Below, piece by piece: positions 24,571 through 37,302 of a DNA stretch of 64,000 nt (the first letter of the stretch is position 1; each line of letters starts with the position of its first letter). Position numbers and translations under genes: made by a program. The DNA comes from Lophium mytilinum. Lineage: Eukaryota. The notes beneath the pieces are model-generated. The model searched no databases, was not told the origin of the DNA, and saw only the letters and a list, made by a program, of their open reading frames with translations. The stretch spans positions 64,179-128,178 of the forward strand of contig MU004184.1 of the NCBI GenBank assembly GCA_010093605.1, given 5' to 3'.

Positions 24571-26344
24571 ATGTCTCTTGGATGTCAGATCGCCCCAGCG
24601 TACCGCGAAGATGCCGTGGTTTATTCCTCGTCGTCGTCGTCGTCTTCTAGCAGCGACGAAGAAGACCAGCGCCTGTCCAGCACGGAAGAAGAAGAAGCTC
24701 GCATCGAGAAGGTTGAGACGGCCGTCGATGACGGCGGCGTGTCGAGACGGCCTACACACACAAGAACAAAGAGCTCGAGATCCGCTCAGCCACCGCTCGC
24801 TCCGGTGGGGTTCTGGCACTATGAGATGAGTGGAGTGCGACTACACGTGATAAAACTTTGGGCCAGGACAAGTACGTTGAAGCTTCCACAATTGCATTGA
24901 GTCTCAACCTAACGTAAAAAAGCTCTCATCCTTGCCATAGCCATTATGGCATTTCTCTGTCTATTTTGGGGTGCTCTGTTCCGGCAAAATAACCTCGCTA
25001 AGAAGCTTAGTATATATGTTGTCGACTTCGATGGTCAGGTGGAACCATATCTGACCGACAAGCCTTTCGTGGGACCGCTCGTCACAAAAGCAGTCCAAAC
25101 CCTCCTCGATAGTGGAGGAGTCCATCCCGGATACATCTTCAAGACTCCCTCCGACTTTGACAATGACCCCATGAAAGTGCGGGCAGCGGTCTTCGACCAA
25201 CACGCTTGGGCCGCCGTAATCATCAACCCCAACGCCACGACCCTCCTCTACCGCGCTATTGAACAAGGGAACACCTCCTACAGCCCCAACGGCGCCGGTC
25301 AGATTGTCTACAACACCGCTCGCGATCAAAATGTGGCAGGATCCTACATCACGCCCTCAACCACCGCCCTCCAAACTCTCGTCGCCGCCTCGTTCGGTCG
25401 CACATTCCTCTCCACGCTCCTCACCAACTCCTCCAACACTCTTGCCTCCATCTCCCGCGTTCCCCAAGCCATATCCCCGGGCATCGCGCTGCAACGCTAC
25501 GACCTGCGTCCCTTTGGGCCACCCATCGCCACACCAGCAGTCAGTGTCGGCCTCATCTACCTCATCATCATCGCCTTCTTCAGCTTCACCTTCTTCCTAC
25601 CCATCCACTTGAAATACCTGCAGCCAAAGGGGCATCCCCCGCTGCACTTCCACCAGCTCATCATCTGGCGATGGACCGCGACCGTGGGGTCCTACTTCTT
25701 CCTCTCCTGCGTCTACTCGCTCGTCTCGCTCGCATACCTCATGCCGATGTCCAACCACCCCGCCTCCCACGTGCAGCCCGCGGTAAACGCCAACCCGTAC
25801 GGCAAGGGCACGTTCATGGTGTACTGGATGATCAACTGGATCGCCATGATTGCGTTCGGAATCGCGTGCGAGAATATGGCGATGATGCTGGGGACGCCGT
25901 GGACGGCGCTGTGGTTGATTTTCTGGGTGATTTCGAATGTCGCGACGGGGTTTTATTCGCTGGCGTTGGCGCCGAGTTTCTATAGGTGGGGGTATGCGTG
26001 GCCGATGCATAATGGTATGGGAACTCTCCTCCGCTTGTTCTCTTTTACTTTCTAGTGTAAGGGGTTTCTGCTAACTGTTGTGCGTAGTCGTCGAAGCCAC
26101 TCGTTCTACACTGTTCGACCTCCACCCACGCATTGGGCTCAATGTCGGTATTTTGCTCGCCTGGTGTGCGGTTGATACGGCACTATTCCCGCTTTGCTGC
26201 TACTACATGCGGTGGAAGTCGACTAAAGAGAAGAAGCTGGCGACACAGCGGGAGGCAAACTGGCAGGAGAAGATGCGGAAGGAGAAGGAGGAGCCTAGCC
26301 TTTTCACGAGGGTCACCACGACTAAGTCGAGGCCAATGGAGTAA
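24571..26344 (+). CDS. SNG1: SNG1-like (DUF3533) multi-pass membrane protein; exons 24571-24871, 24923-26014, 26088-26344
   Basis: LFWGALF...VVDFDGQ, WAAVIINPNAT, VGLIYLIIIAFF, FWVISNV and FYRWGYAWPMHN. Two canonical introns. Confidence 0.9.
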
Positions 26345-27404
26345 AAGAAGCCGCTTGATGAGTGCAAAAGGGTGAAGTGTACTAGTAAAGGCAGAGATAA
26401 TACTTGATGGACATGAAAATAGCATGATTACGCATGGAGTGGGAAAGAAAATGGACAATTTCATGCCTTGGATACATTTAGGTGTCTGGCTGGAGCCCTT
26501 TAGCGTATTTCCACGAATCTAAAGTCTGATACGGGTGTACGCCTACCTGCCGCTGTCAGTAGTAGGCCAGCAGGGAGACAAACTCTTGATTGTATGTAAA
26601 AATTCGAAGGGTATGATTGAGAAAGTGGAAGAACGGCTGCGGATCACGTGACAGGTGCCCAAATGTCAAAACTCATCATGGATTTATGAACAAAAATGTG
26701 AATTTGAACTTCGCAAAGCAGTTCACGTCGCATTCAGTCTTCAATAATCAAGACCTGTTGTCACGTTTCGCCACAGGAACTTACCAGCGGCTCGGGCCTT
26801 CCCCGGCCGATGCTCCCAGGAATTCTGAAAAGTTCCCCAACTCCGCCATCCTGGCCATCACCCTTCATCCACGCATCGTCTGTATGAAGCTCGAAGTGAC
26901 GAGATGCCGGAGAGTATTGGATGGGGCACTGGTAGGATCTAGAAACTCAGTTAATGTAATTGTAAATGTAACGATGCTAATTGATGGCAGCGCCTCTCCA
27001 TACGACACTCCTCGCCGCATGCGCCGCTCCTTCGATCGAGACTCGAGCCCCTGTGGTACGCACGACAACGAGTACTGGGAAGAGTTGCTGATAGACGACT
27101 GTTTACGACGCAAGATGCAGTGGTGCAGAGGGATGAGCTGCCTCCGTCGAGTAGTGGGAATGGGGGCTCGGGGGTGGTAAGGAAATTCCCACCGTTCGAG
27201 TTAGGGGAAAATATAGAACATCGGGGTCGGGGAAAAGCTCTGGCTCAGAAGCGAAGGAGGGCTGCGGCCGCTTCGAATAAAACGCGACGCTCAACACACC
27301 ACGAACACAACACCCCCACACCGTCGGGCAACGCGACGTCAAGTCACTCGCAACAGAACCCGACCTCCAACCCTACCAACAAGCAGAAGCAGACCGCTGG
27401 AAAG

Positions 27405-30400
27405 ATGTCTTCGCCCTCGAGAAAGAGAGCACGCATGGGGGAACCTCAGCTGCCTCCGCTTCCTACGCCTGAGGACTACCCTCTCGCACCAGCAAAGCTC
27501 TTTCGCACCGGTCACGACGCATGGCAGAAAGCGACAGGTGGCAGGATAGAGACAGCTGAGCGTGCCATCAAACTGGGCAAGCCGGATAGCAAATATGAGT
27601 GTACTATTACCTGTCGCGTCTATGGCACTGAGTTCGAGCCTGCGGTCGAGGTAGCCGTTGCTTGGGGCACTGATGCAGTAAGTCGCTGTCCGAGTGAGCA
27701 ATTAACAATCATCACAGATCGCTGACTTCACAAAGCACAAAACCAAGCAGGAAGCAAGCCGTCGTCTGCTCGGCCAACTCCATGCGAAGGGCCTGCTTGC
27801 GCAGCTATATCGGGGCGACAACTGGCAATCGACGACAGAAACGGGCGCCCTTTCGGACGTGTACAACTACTGTGCCCGAACTCTGAGCACTCCAACTATC
27901 GAGTACGAGCACCTTCCTACGTTAAATCGAAGAAATAGAATTGTCAGAGTTACAGTTGCGCATCCAGAGGAAAAGATTCGCGCGCACGCGACACGCCCGT
28001 TCTTAAAAGACGCGCACACTGCTGCCTGTGTTCTGTTCAAGCGAGCTGCGGAGCAACACCATGCTGCGCAAGGAGCAACTCGTTTGATTGTTAAGGACTC
28101 GACTCTGCTCACCGAGGAGACCGCCAAGTCTTTCATGATGTTTCATCAGAAGAATCGCCCTGGCGATTACGAAGTCAAGTCTGAATTATGCTCCAAACTC
28201 GACGGACACCAAATGGATTCGAACTGGATATCACAAGCATACTTTGGACAAGCGCCTATTGGAGAGCCAGTCATGTCACCTGGCAAAAAGGAAAGCGCCG
28301 AAGCGCTTGCGCTGCTTAATGCAGCCGTTGCTCTAGCGAAGCAAAATCCGGATATATACGAGGCATTTCAAACCGCGAAGAGAACTAGTACTGGCAAAGT
28401 GCTTATTTCGGTACGGACAATAGATTTGGAGATTGATAACGACGCCGAGGAGATCATGCGGACGGCGGCTAGGAAAGTGCGAGAGCAGAGTACTCACAGC
28501 AAGAATCCAAAATGGGCACAGGAGACCCTAGAAGAGGTCAATCGCCGTCCGCGGAGATATCTGATCCCTGCCCTGGACGAAGCTCGTAGCGCTCAATTGA
28601 AGGATGACCTTGCGGCGTTCAACCAGGACCCTTTGCTCAGTGCTTTGAGAAGCAAGAAAGAAGACCTTCCGATGAACCAGCATCGTGCAAAGGTGCTGGA
28701 TCTCATCGAGAAAAACACCTACAGCATCGTGGTTGGGGCAACCGGAAGCGGCAAGACTACACAGGTGCCACAAATTCTGTTGGAAAAGTCCATCAAGGAG
28801 GGCATCGGAGCTCAGACCAACATCATCTGCACACAGCCACGGAAGATTGCTGCAACATCTGTTGCCCGCCGAGTCGCTGAAGAGCGCAACGAACCACTGC
28901 AACATACGATTGGTTATCAAGTCCGGTTTGACTCGAAACTTCCTAAGCAGAATGGCAGCGTCACCTATTGTACTACTGGAATCCTGCTTTCTCAGCTCCA
29001 GCATGGCCCGGATGATATTCTGGATACTACGTCGCACATTATTATCGACGAAGTCCACGAGCGCGATATGATCATCGATTACCTTATGATTACGCTGAAG
29101 AAGCTCCTAGAGGCGAGGAGGCTCGAGAACAAGTCCGTTCCCAAGGTCGTATTGATGAGCGCTACGCTCGACACGGAGCTATTTGCTGGCTACTTCGAAC
29201 AGCGCAAAGAAGATGGAACAGTAGTTCCCTGCCCATTCCTGAGTGTTCCCGGTCGCACCTTTCCGGTGAAGGAGAAATATCTGGACGAAATCATCGGCGA
29301 ACTAAAGTCAAGCTACGATGATCAACACTTAAAGGCCGTCTTCACACCCGACAGGGTTACTGATCAATATATTTTGGCCGAGTCCAAGTTCTCGTCCACG
29401 GCGGCTCCAGAAGAAAGCTTGATGGCAGCCGCGCCCATCGACTGGAAACGCAATGCTGTCAATCCCGACGACACGAGGCAAGAGGACAGCGTGGTTCCCA
29501 TTGGACTTGTGGCCGCTTCTATAGCCCATCTAGCGCAGACGACTACCGATGGCGCAATCCTGGCTTTCCTGCCAGGTTTAGACGATATCAAGAAAACGAG
29601 AGATCTTCTCGCCCTTAAGCCTCTGGGTGTAGACTTCTCTGATACCACGCGCTTTAAGCAATACCTACTCCACTCTAGTATTCAGGATCAACGCGATGTC
29701 TTCGCTCCTGTCCAGTCTGGTTGCCGGAAGATCATTCTTGCAACAAATATCGCGGAAACGAGTGTTACCATTCCAGACGTACAGTACGTTGTTGATACTG
29801 GAAAGCTCAAGGAGAAGAGATACGACCAAACGACGCGCATAACACAGTTGCTCACCACCTGGGTCAGCAAGTCCAACTCGAGGCAGCGAGCAGGACGAGC
29901 CGGCCGTGTGCAGAACGGGAACTACTACGCTCTGTTCTCCCAGGCTCGATTTGGGTCTTTCAGAGCTATTGGTCTACCTGAAATGCTACGCTCCGACTTG
30001 CAGGAAGTCTGCCTGGGCGTCATGGCCCAGGCAGTCAAGACACCTGTGCGGGAGTTTTTAGCAGCAGCCATAGAACCTCCCACTGCTGAAGCCGTCGATA
30101 GCTCGCTTGTGAGCCTGCAAAACCTAGACGCAGTTACAAAAGATGAAGAGCTTACCCCGCTGGGAAAAGTACTCGCGGCCCTACCTGTTCATCCTTCGCT
30201 CGGAAAAATGATTCTCATGGGCATCCTGTTCCGCTGCTTCGATCCAATGCTCATCCTCAGCGCGTCTTCGCAGGGCAGGCCCCTATTCAACACCCCACTG
30301 GACCGCAGACAGGATGCCGATGACGCACGAAAAGTCTTCTCGTCCGGGTCCAACAGCGACCACGTCGCCATCATCAACTGCTTCCGCATTGCACGCCAAC

Positions 30401-31230
30401 TCCGCGACCAGCAAGGTGACCTCGCCCTGCAGCAGTTCGCCCACAAGTACTTCATGAACGTCTCGACCTTCCTCGGCATCGAGCGCACGATGCTAGAAAT
30501 CGAAACCATCCTGGTGAAAGCCAAACTAATCCCCTTCACCGGCTTCCATGACCGCAATCGCTCGCAGAACGGACCACCAGCCCTCAACAAGAACTCTGGC
30601 AGCATCCCGCTCATGAAAGCCCTCATCTGCGCCGGTGTACACCCGAACCTCGGCGTCGCCGTCAACCCGCGTATGCTGCAGACGCCGAACGAGTCGAACG
30701 CGCTCATCTCGCCCAGCTCGATTAACTGGCTCAAGAGTTTCAGACAGCCGAATAAATCATCCGAAGGCCTCAACCGCAACGCCTTGTTCGCTTTCAACAC
30801 GATGTCCAGGAGCGCTGATGGCCACCAAATTTACTTGAAGGACACGTCGGCGATCACGCCGCTGATGGCGGCGATTTTCGGGAGCAAGACTGCTATGCGC
30901 GGCGATGGCCTGGTGCTGATGGTTGATGACTGGCTGCCGCTGTTTATCAAGCGTCCGGGCCGCTTCGGGTACATACACTCTGCGAATCAGGTGCTGCAGC
31001 GCTTTAGAGAGGCGTTGGAGACAGTGCTCAGCTCCTCTTTCTCGCGGATTGCGAGGAACACCGATGGCGAGCGGTATCTGGCAGATGATCCGGTCCTGGA
31101 GGAATTCGTGGAGCAGTTTGTGGATGTGTTGGGGCGCGATGTGTCTGGTGTGGATGCCTTTATGACGGGCGAGAGGAGGGAGGATGAGTTCAAGATTCGT
31201 GGAGCGGCGAAGAGGATGAGGACGAATTAA
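27405..31230 (+). CDS. DExH-box (DEAH/RHA) RNA helicase, DHX30/DHX36-like, with dsRBD-like N-terminus; exons 27405-27677, 27736-31230
   Basis: GATGSGKTTQ, CTQPRKIAA, DEVHER, MSAT, FLPG, ATNIAETSVTI, QRAGRAGR and HA2 LTPLG. The intron 27678-27735 joins the two ORFs in phase 0. Confidence 0.95.
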
Positions 31231-31665
31231 TGGGGGGTGAATTATGGAACATTATGGATTGTATGCGGAAGCTAAGGCTGCGGCGAAAGAGGTTCTTCCT
31301 TTGCCGCAGAAGTATCAGATGTGGCTTGGGATGGGGAGTTTGAGGCTTGCTGCATTTTGAGAGCCTGGTATCTTGGTTTCTTTGGGGTTGGTATGATATA
31401 GACTACGTGCATTGTACAAAAATGTAATTCTACACTGTAGATGTGGTAGCCGTTATGAGGGAGTGATTTTGGTGAGGATCCTCATGCTAATGCATTACCT
31501 GTGCCCTGTGGACTACCACGAAACTCGAGAGGGTAACTTGATCAACCTCCCAAGTTCAATGTTGGGGTTGTGACCTTCGCGTTAAGAACACTCAAGCTGG
31601 GGAAAATCAATCACTCTAGGATGTAAAGTATTGATTCGTGTAGATAATGGTATTTAATATTCAGC

Positions 31666-31690
31666 CCTACCTACCTACCTACCTACCTAC
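31666..31690. repeat. (CCTA)6 microsatellite
   Basis: cctacctacctacctacctacctac seen directly. Confidence 0.9.
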
Positions 31691-31979
31691 GAGCTGCAAG
31701 GCGGGGCACGTCGCGTTCCAGTTTCAGACACGTCGTACCGCCACTTCCCTCATCATTCACACTTCAGCAACCACCACCACGACGCCCCCTCATCACATTG
31801 CTACTCTTTTAGAGAGCATCTAAAACACTTACTGTACTACATGCCAATTGGCCTCTTCTAGGACAACCCCGTTGCTTTTCCGCATCGAACGAACGCGTCT
31901 ACGAACCTACACACAACAAATCCATCGAACGCCTATTCCCATCCCACACTCTCATGACCGCGACCTTCAACTCTCCACA

Positions 31980-33734
31980 ATGCCACCCTCCCACCCTCGC
32001 GCTTCAGCTCCGAAAATGCCACCCTCCCAACGCCGTCCCAAAACCACCCCTTCCAACGCCACCACCCGCAAACCCAAAATCCACACCATCTCCCGCCCCG
32101 CCTCGTCCTCGTCCTCATCATCCTCATCTTCCTCGAGCCCCGGCCTCTGGCCCCCGCGCCTCGAAACCGCCCGCATCTACCAAATCCACCCGCGCGACGA
32201 ACCGCAGCCCGGCGCGCTCAAATCGACTATCCTCTCCCAATATTTCGTCGACCGCGACGAGCAGCCCATCGACCAGGTGAAGACTACGGGCGGACGGGCG
32301 GTCTACGTCATACGGATAACGTGGGATGACGAAACAGCGGCGAAGAAAGGTGCCAGGGAAGAGGAGGAGCATGTGGATACGCTGGCGCTGTTTGGGTGGG
32401 TGAGTCGGTATGAGTTTGCAGAGTATGAGGGAAAGGAGGCGATGAAGGTGGTGGAGAGGGAGGGGAGGAGGAAGGAGGAGAAAGAGAGGAAGGAGAGGAA
32501 GGAGAGGGAGGCGAGGAAGCTGCTCGAGGGGAAGAAGGAGGTGGGGAAGACGGGTGGGGGGAGGAAGAGGAGGGGGAGGCCGCCTGGGAGTCGGGTGGGG
32601 CCGGATGGGAAGTTAGTTCATGGGGGGTTGTTGGAGCCGGTGGGTGGGGAGGATAGTGAGGAAGAGGTAGAGGAGGATAGTGGGAGGGAGAGAGGGGGTT
32701 TGGCACCTCGGGGGTTGTTGGATCCGGTGGTGGGGGTGGGGGATAGTGATGACGAGATGGAGGAGAGTGGGAATATGGATTCCGGCGAGGAGCAAGACGA
32801 GTTGGAGGCCGTGGAAGACGAAGAGGAAGACCCACAGGAAGATGAAGACGAAGACGAAATTGATGTCTTGAAAAACGGTGTCTACGGACCGGTGGATCAG
32901 GTCCTCGTAAATCAAGGCCTTGAAGATCAGAGCGAGGAAACCGAGGGCAGTGAGGACGAACTGCAGATATCGACTTCAAAACAGCATACCCCTCAAACCG
33001 CTCTTCGGGCCCCCCTTCCAAACCGCAATAGAAGTGGGAAGCAGATCTCAAGGGCAAGATCATCGTCCTCGGACTCCATCACCCGTCATATTTCGCGAAA
33101 GAAACCTCCAAATGCTGTTCCTGCATCGACCCGGAGAGGCAAGGGACATTTCCCTAACAGCACCAGCGCCTCGGCGACCTCTGAATCCAGCTCCGCACTC
33201 CAGCTACGCGCCGAAACCCAACGGAAACGCAGCGCTCAGGCCCAACCAAGTAGCAACAAGAAGCTCCGCAGATCTATGAGCGGCAGTGAATCGCCAGCCT
33301 CTCATATCTCAATCGTTGCGGACCCCGAGCCAGCTTTTGCCGATAGCGAAGACGCAGATGAGGATGTCGACCAGGAGGATGAGGAAGAAGGGGAACAATA
33401 TGAGGAAGAAGGGTCGGAGATGGAAGAAGAATTCTCAGCCGAAGCAATACTAAACGTCAGAATCACTTTCCCCGGCAAGCGTCTCCCAGGTAAAATATCG
33501 TACCTCGTGAAATGGGAACACCCGGACAAGGAAACCTGGGAGGATGCGGACCAGCTGGGTGACCTACAAGACATGATTAATTTGTTTCATCAGAAACATC
33601 AGAAATGCCCATATCCAAAGGAGCTGAGGAAGCGGGTTAACAATCCGAGGCGTGTAGATTGGCAGTTCACTCATGATTACTATCCGTCTTTACAAGCACT
33701 ACTTCCAGAACATCTGAGGAAACTGAGTTCTTAG
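31980..33734 (+). CDS. Chromodomain protein with AT-hook-like motif and acidic tracts
   Basis: C-terminal EEFSAEAIL...YLVKWEHPDKETWE chromo-like motif, RKRRGRPP, and long D/E stretches. Confidence 0.8.
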   Translation: MPPSHPRASAPKMPPSQRRPKTTPSNATTRKPKIHTISRPASSSSSSSSSSSSPGLWPPRLETARIYQIHPRDEPQPGALKSTILSQYFVDRDEQPIDQVKTTGGRAVYVIRITWDDETAAKKGAREEEEHVDTLALFGWVSRYEFAEYEGKEAMKVVEREGRRKEEKERKERKEREARKLLEGKKEVGKTGGGRKRRGRPPGSRVGPDGKLVHGGLLEPVGGEDSEEEVEEDSGRERGGLAPRGLLDPVVGVGDSDDEMEESGNMDSGEEQDELEAVEDEEEDPQEDEDEDEIDVLKNGVYGPVDQVLVNQGLEDQSEETEGSEDELQISTSKQHTPQTALRAPLPNRNRSGKQISRARSSSSDSITRHISRKKPPNAVPASTRRGKGHFPNSTSASATSESSSALQLRAETQRKRSAQAQPSSNKKLRRSMSGSESPASHISIVADPEPAFADSEDADEDVDQEDEEEGEQYEEEGSEMEEEFSAEAILNVRITFPGKRLPGKISYLVKWEHPDKETWEDADQLGDLQDMINLFHQKHQKCPYPKELRKRVNNPRRVDWQFTHDYYPSLQALLPEHLRKLSS

Positions 33735-34473
33735 TACGTCATCCACAGACATTTTAAGGAAGAGGCTTCATGCCATCGTTAGTAGAGAGAGGCTTGGGAT
33801 TAGGACGCTGGCTTCACGAGATCATAAGTTCGATATCAGCGACATGTTGGATATATTTATGGCACATGAAAAGCATGGACTTCTACTTCGGACACGCACT
33901 TTTGGAGGCCACTGGAAATGCCTTGATCATGCAACGAATCTCTAGGCCACCGTCCTTTTCAGCGGAATTAGTACCAATAATGCGTACGATATCCAACACA
34001 CCCAGCACTCCACCAATTATGATCTATGGTACCACTTTCCGGAAGTCGGTCCTATCCTTGCATTCGAGCCAGCGGCGTTAGCGGTATGCCGAGTGGAGTT
34101 ACGAGAATCTCCCCCCTCCGGCCCGATTCTGACGTCGCCTCGCATGCCGGTGTTATCGCCCGCCCAAAGTGGATTTATCGACGTCCTCTAAGAATGCTCC
34201 CTGTTAACCTCTCCGGCTTTCGCGTGCTTCTCTTCGCAATATCCTAAGTTCGGCCGACCACGTATCATTTTGCCGAGCTGCATCTACATCTCGTCGGGGA
34301 CACCGACATGAATTAAGTCTATATTAGTTGTATATAAGATGTAGAGAATATGCACTCTCTTTCGTTCATCAGCAACTTCAATCTTTCGTTCATCGAGAAT
34401 CTCAATCCACTGTCTCCAAAAGAAGTCGCAATTTCCAAACCACAAAAGCCAAACCCACTTCTCAACCTCCAAA

Positions 34474-34978
34474 ATGTCTCCCTACCCAACCGCCACCGAT
34501 ATCACCTCGATCTTCAAAAACATGGAGACGGGGAACTACGCCGAAGTGTTCAAACGCGTCAGCCCAAACGTCGACTGGACAGTCATGGGTGCGTCCCGGA
34601 ACACCCCCTTCACTTCAAATTAATATATGCTAATGATGCCTAGGAACCCACCCCTGCGCCGGCCGCTACACCACCCTCGCCGCCTTCCAGGAGGGAACGC
34701 TCAAGCGCCTCGGCGCGATCATGAAAGAGCCGGGCATCAGACTCAAGGTCAGGAACGTGATTGGAGGCGGGGAGCAGGCGTGGGCGGTTGTGGAGTTGAT
34801 GGCGGATGCGGAGTGCAAGAACGGCATGGTGTTTGAAAACACGTATGCGTGGTGCATGCGGTTCGATGAGGAGGGGCTGGTGGTGCAGGTGCGGGCGTAT
34901 TTGGATTCGACGATGGTGAAGCAGGCGGTTGAGGAGAATGAGGGGGCTTGTGAGAGTTTTAGGGCACCGGTTGAGTGA
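34474..34978 (+). CDS. SnoaL-like / NTF2-fold protein; exons 34474-34588, 34644-34978
   Basis: FKRVSPNVDWTVMG|THPCAGRY...FENTYAWCMRF...VRAYLDS. One 55-nt intron. Confidence 0.9.
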
Positions 34979-35378
34979 GTGAGAAGAGCGAGTTCAGCGG
35001 ATGATGAAGAGGGGGCTGTGGGGGACAGTGAGTGTCTTGGACGTATGGAGGGATGTATGAGGTTTAATAGGATATGAAAGCTGATGTTCACGTGATCTCC
35101 GCCAAGGTCGATTTTTCTTCCAATGCTTAGCAGACTCTAATTTTACGTGCATTTGAATCAGAGTTTGAGAGAGCCAAGTGGTGAGCGTGCAGAGATAATA
35201 ATTGTAAGGATACTACGTTCTCACGTGAGGGCGCGTTATGGTTCTCCCCCGCTCGTGCCCCGTGTCATGAACATCACCTCGCGCACTAATCACCACCGCA
35301 TCCAAAGTGCATCGTGCCTCCCACTTGCAACCCCACCCTCATTTCAATTAGAAGCGCCGTTTTGGCTGCCTCCACTCA

Positions 35379-36377
35379 ATGGCACCCAGAAGCTCTTCCA
35401 AACGGAAACGTGTCTCCACCGCCACAGCCCACTCCGACCAAGTAACCGTCACACTAATCATCGGCCCGGATGCAACTCCCTTCGACATCCACCGCGAGCT
35501 ACTATGCAAGCGGTCCGAGTTCTTCCGGGGCGCATTTAAAGGCGGCTTCAAGGAAGCGGGCGAGCGGAGTATGGTATTGGAAGACGTGTCTGTTTCGTTG
35601 ATGCGGCAATTCATGCGTTGGATATATAATGGCGCATTTCCGTTCACCGCTAGTATTGAAGAAGGAGGGAGCGACGATGACCATGTTGTTTTGGACCCGG
35701 ATGAGCTGCTGGATCTGTATATTTTTGGCGATCGGTATGATCTCCCTACTCTAAGGGGTGATAGCCTTGCTATGATACAGGAGGCTTTTCGTGAGACGGG
35801 TGAGGGTATTGGAAAGGAGTCTGAGGAGGTCGAAGAGGAATTTGAGGAGGACGAAGGGGAGTTTGATGAGGATGAGGAGGAATTTGACGAGGATGAAGAG
35901 GAATTTGACGAGGACGAAGAGGGCGCTGACGACGAAGAGGATGACGATAATAATGAGGGCGATGGTGTCGAAAACGAAGAGGATGACGAAGAAGAAGAAG
36001 AAGAAGACCTCTCTATCCCCCTAGAACTCGTCGTACGTGCATATGAGAATCTCCCGCACTCTTCGGCTATGTGCAAATGGCTAGCGTGGCACATGTCCAT
36101 GAATTGGCAGCCGGGCGACCTCCATCCAGACGAGTTTGAGACCCTGGCTCACCTGCCGCATACTTTTATCCTTGCTGTCGCAATCTACGGTCGACAGCGA
36201 ATGGAACGGGCAATAGCGGACGATGTGCACGTTAATGACTTGGCGCTGTTGGAAGAAGAGGAAGACGAGAAGTGCTGCCAGTTTCATGAGCATGCTTTGA
36301 CTGGCCAGTGTTTAGATGTTGTGGATCATTCAGTGCTAAAAAAGATCTTTCGGAAGCTTGATGTTGTCAGCCAATGA
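35379..36377 (+). CDS. BTB/POZ domain protein (paralog 1) with acidic repeat insertion
   Basis: [51 protein letters not shown] and C-terminal CQFHEH. Confidence 0.92.
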   Translation: MAPRSSSKRKRVSTATAHSDQVTVTLIIGPDATPFDIHRELLCKRSEFFRGAFKGGFKEAGERSMVLEDVSVSLMRQFMRWIYNGAFPFTASIEEGGSDDDHVVLDPDELLDLYIFGDRYDLPTLRGDSLAMIQEAFRETGEGIGKESEEVEEEFEEDEGEFDEDEEEFDEDEEEFDEDEEGADDEEDDDNNEGDGVENEEDDEEEEEEDLSIPLELVVRAYENLPHSSAMCKWLAWHMSMNWQPGDLHPDEFETLAHLPHTFILAVAIYGRQRMERAIADDVHVNDLALLEEEEDEKCCQFHEHALTGQCLDVVDHSVLKKIFRKLDVVSQ

Positions 36378-37302
36378 TCATTGGAATCCTAACGGCTATC
36401 CGCCCAAGATTATTTTACGCTATGGTTCAGGATTGTCCCTCCCGTCGGGAACTTCTTCAATGATCTGCGTATGCTCTCCTTTCTTGAATCCGACTATAAG
36501 CACTGCATGGCACAGGGGAGAACATTGCGTGCGTAAAAGCAGAACTCTACCGGAATTCAACGCCTCGAATAGATAGATGGGACTAGGTGATGAAAGGACG
36601 GAGCAACCACTTGAAGGCTTTATAGGACGCCCTAAGTGTTGAAACTAGTAAGGGTTCTATCAATAGTATAGATGCTACCTACGTTCGTTGGTCCAGTACA
36701 TAGACGTAGCTATATAGTCTCTTCCACCTCGGAGTAACTCAAGGGGTGAATCAAACCTATATAACCTAATTTCAACTAAACCCTCCAGCAAAGATACACG
36801 GCTTCAATCTCAACCGAAAGGCCGGAAAGGCCACGCGATGTGGAGATTGTTTCCATGGCAGCAACATGTTTACAGAGAGTTGTAGCTCCTCGTGAATTGC
36901 TGCTTCTACATCACGTGAAACAACGAAATGCAGTCCAAAGATTTACTTTATGATAAGACAGGTAGCATGATTCTCTGACGATAGTGTTATCTTTACTCGA
37001 AATACAAACCACACTGTGATTTTTCAAAAAGGATCTTGGTATCGCAATCAAGTTTTGATTCCGACTGCGAGGATATGAAAGATAAGACATGTACAAGCAC
37101 ATTCTGGGCCAACTCTTTCGACGTGTCTGCACGTGCTAGCGCGTTTTGAACAGTCGCGCCTGATATCCCCCGCCTTGCCCGAACTCCTTCAAACTCAACT
37201 GCGGCGCCCTTTGAATTCTCAACGCAACTCACAAAACGAAGTTTGTAGACATATTTTCTCGATTGTAAATATCCCATACCACGGAAGCAGGTCAAACCCG
37301 CC

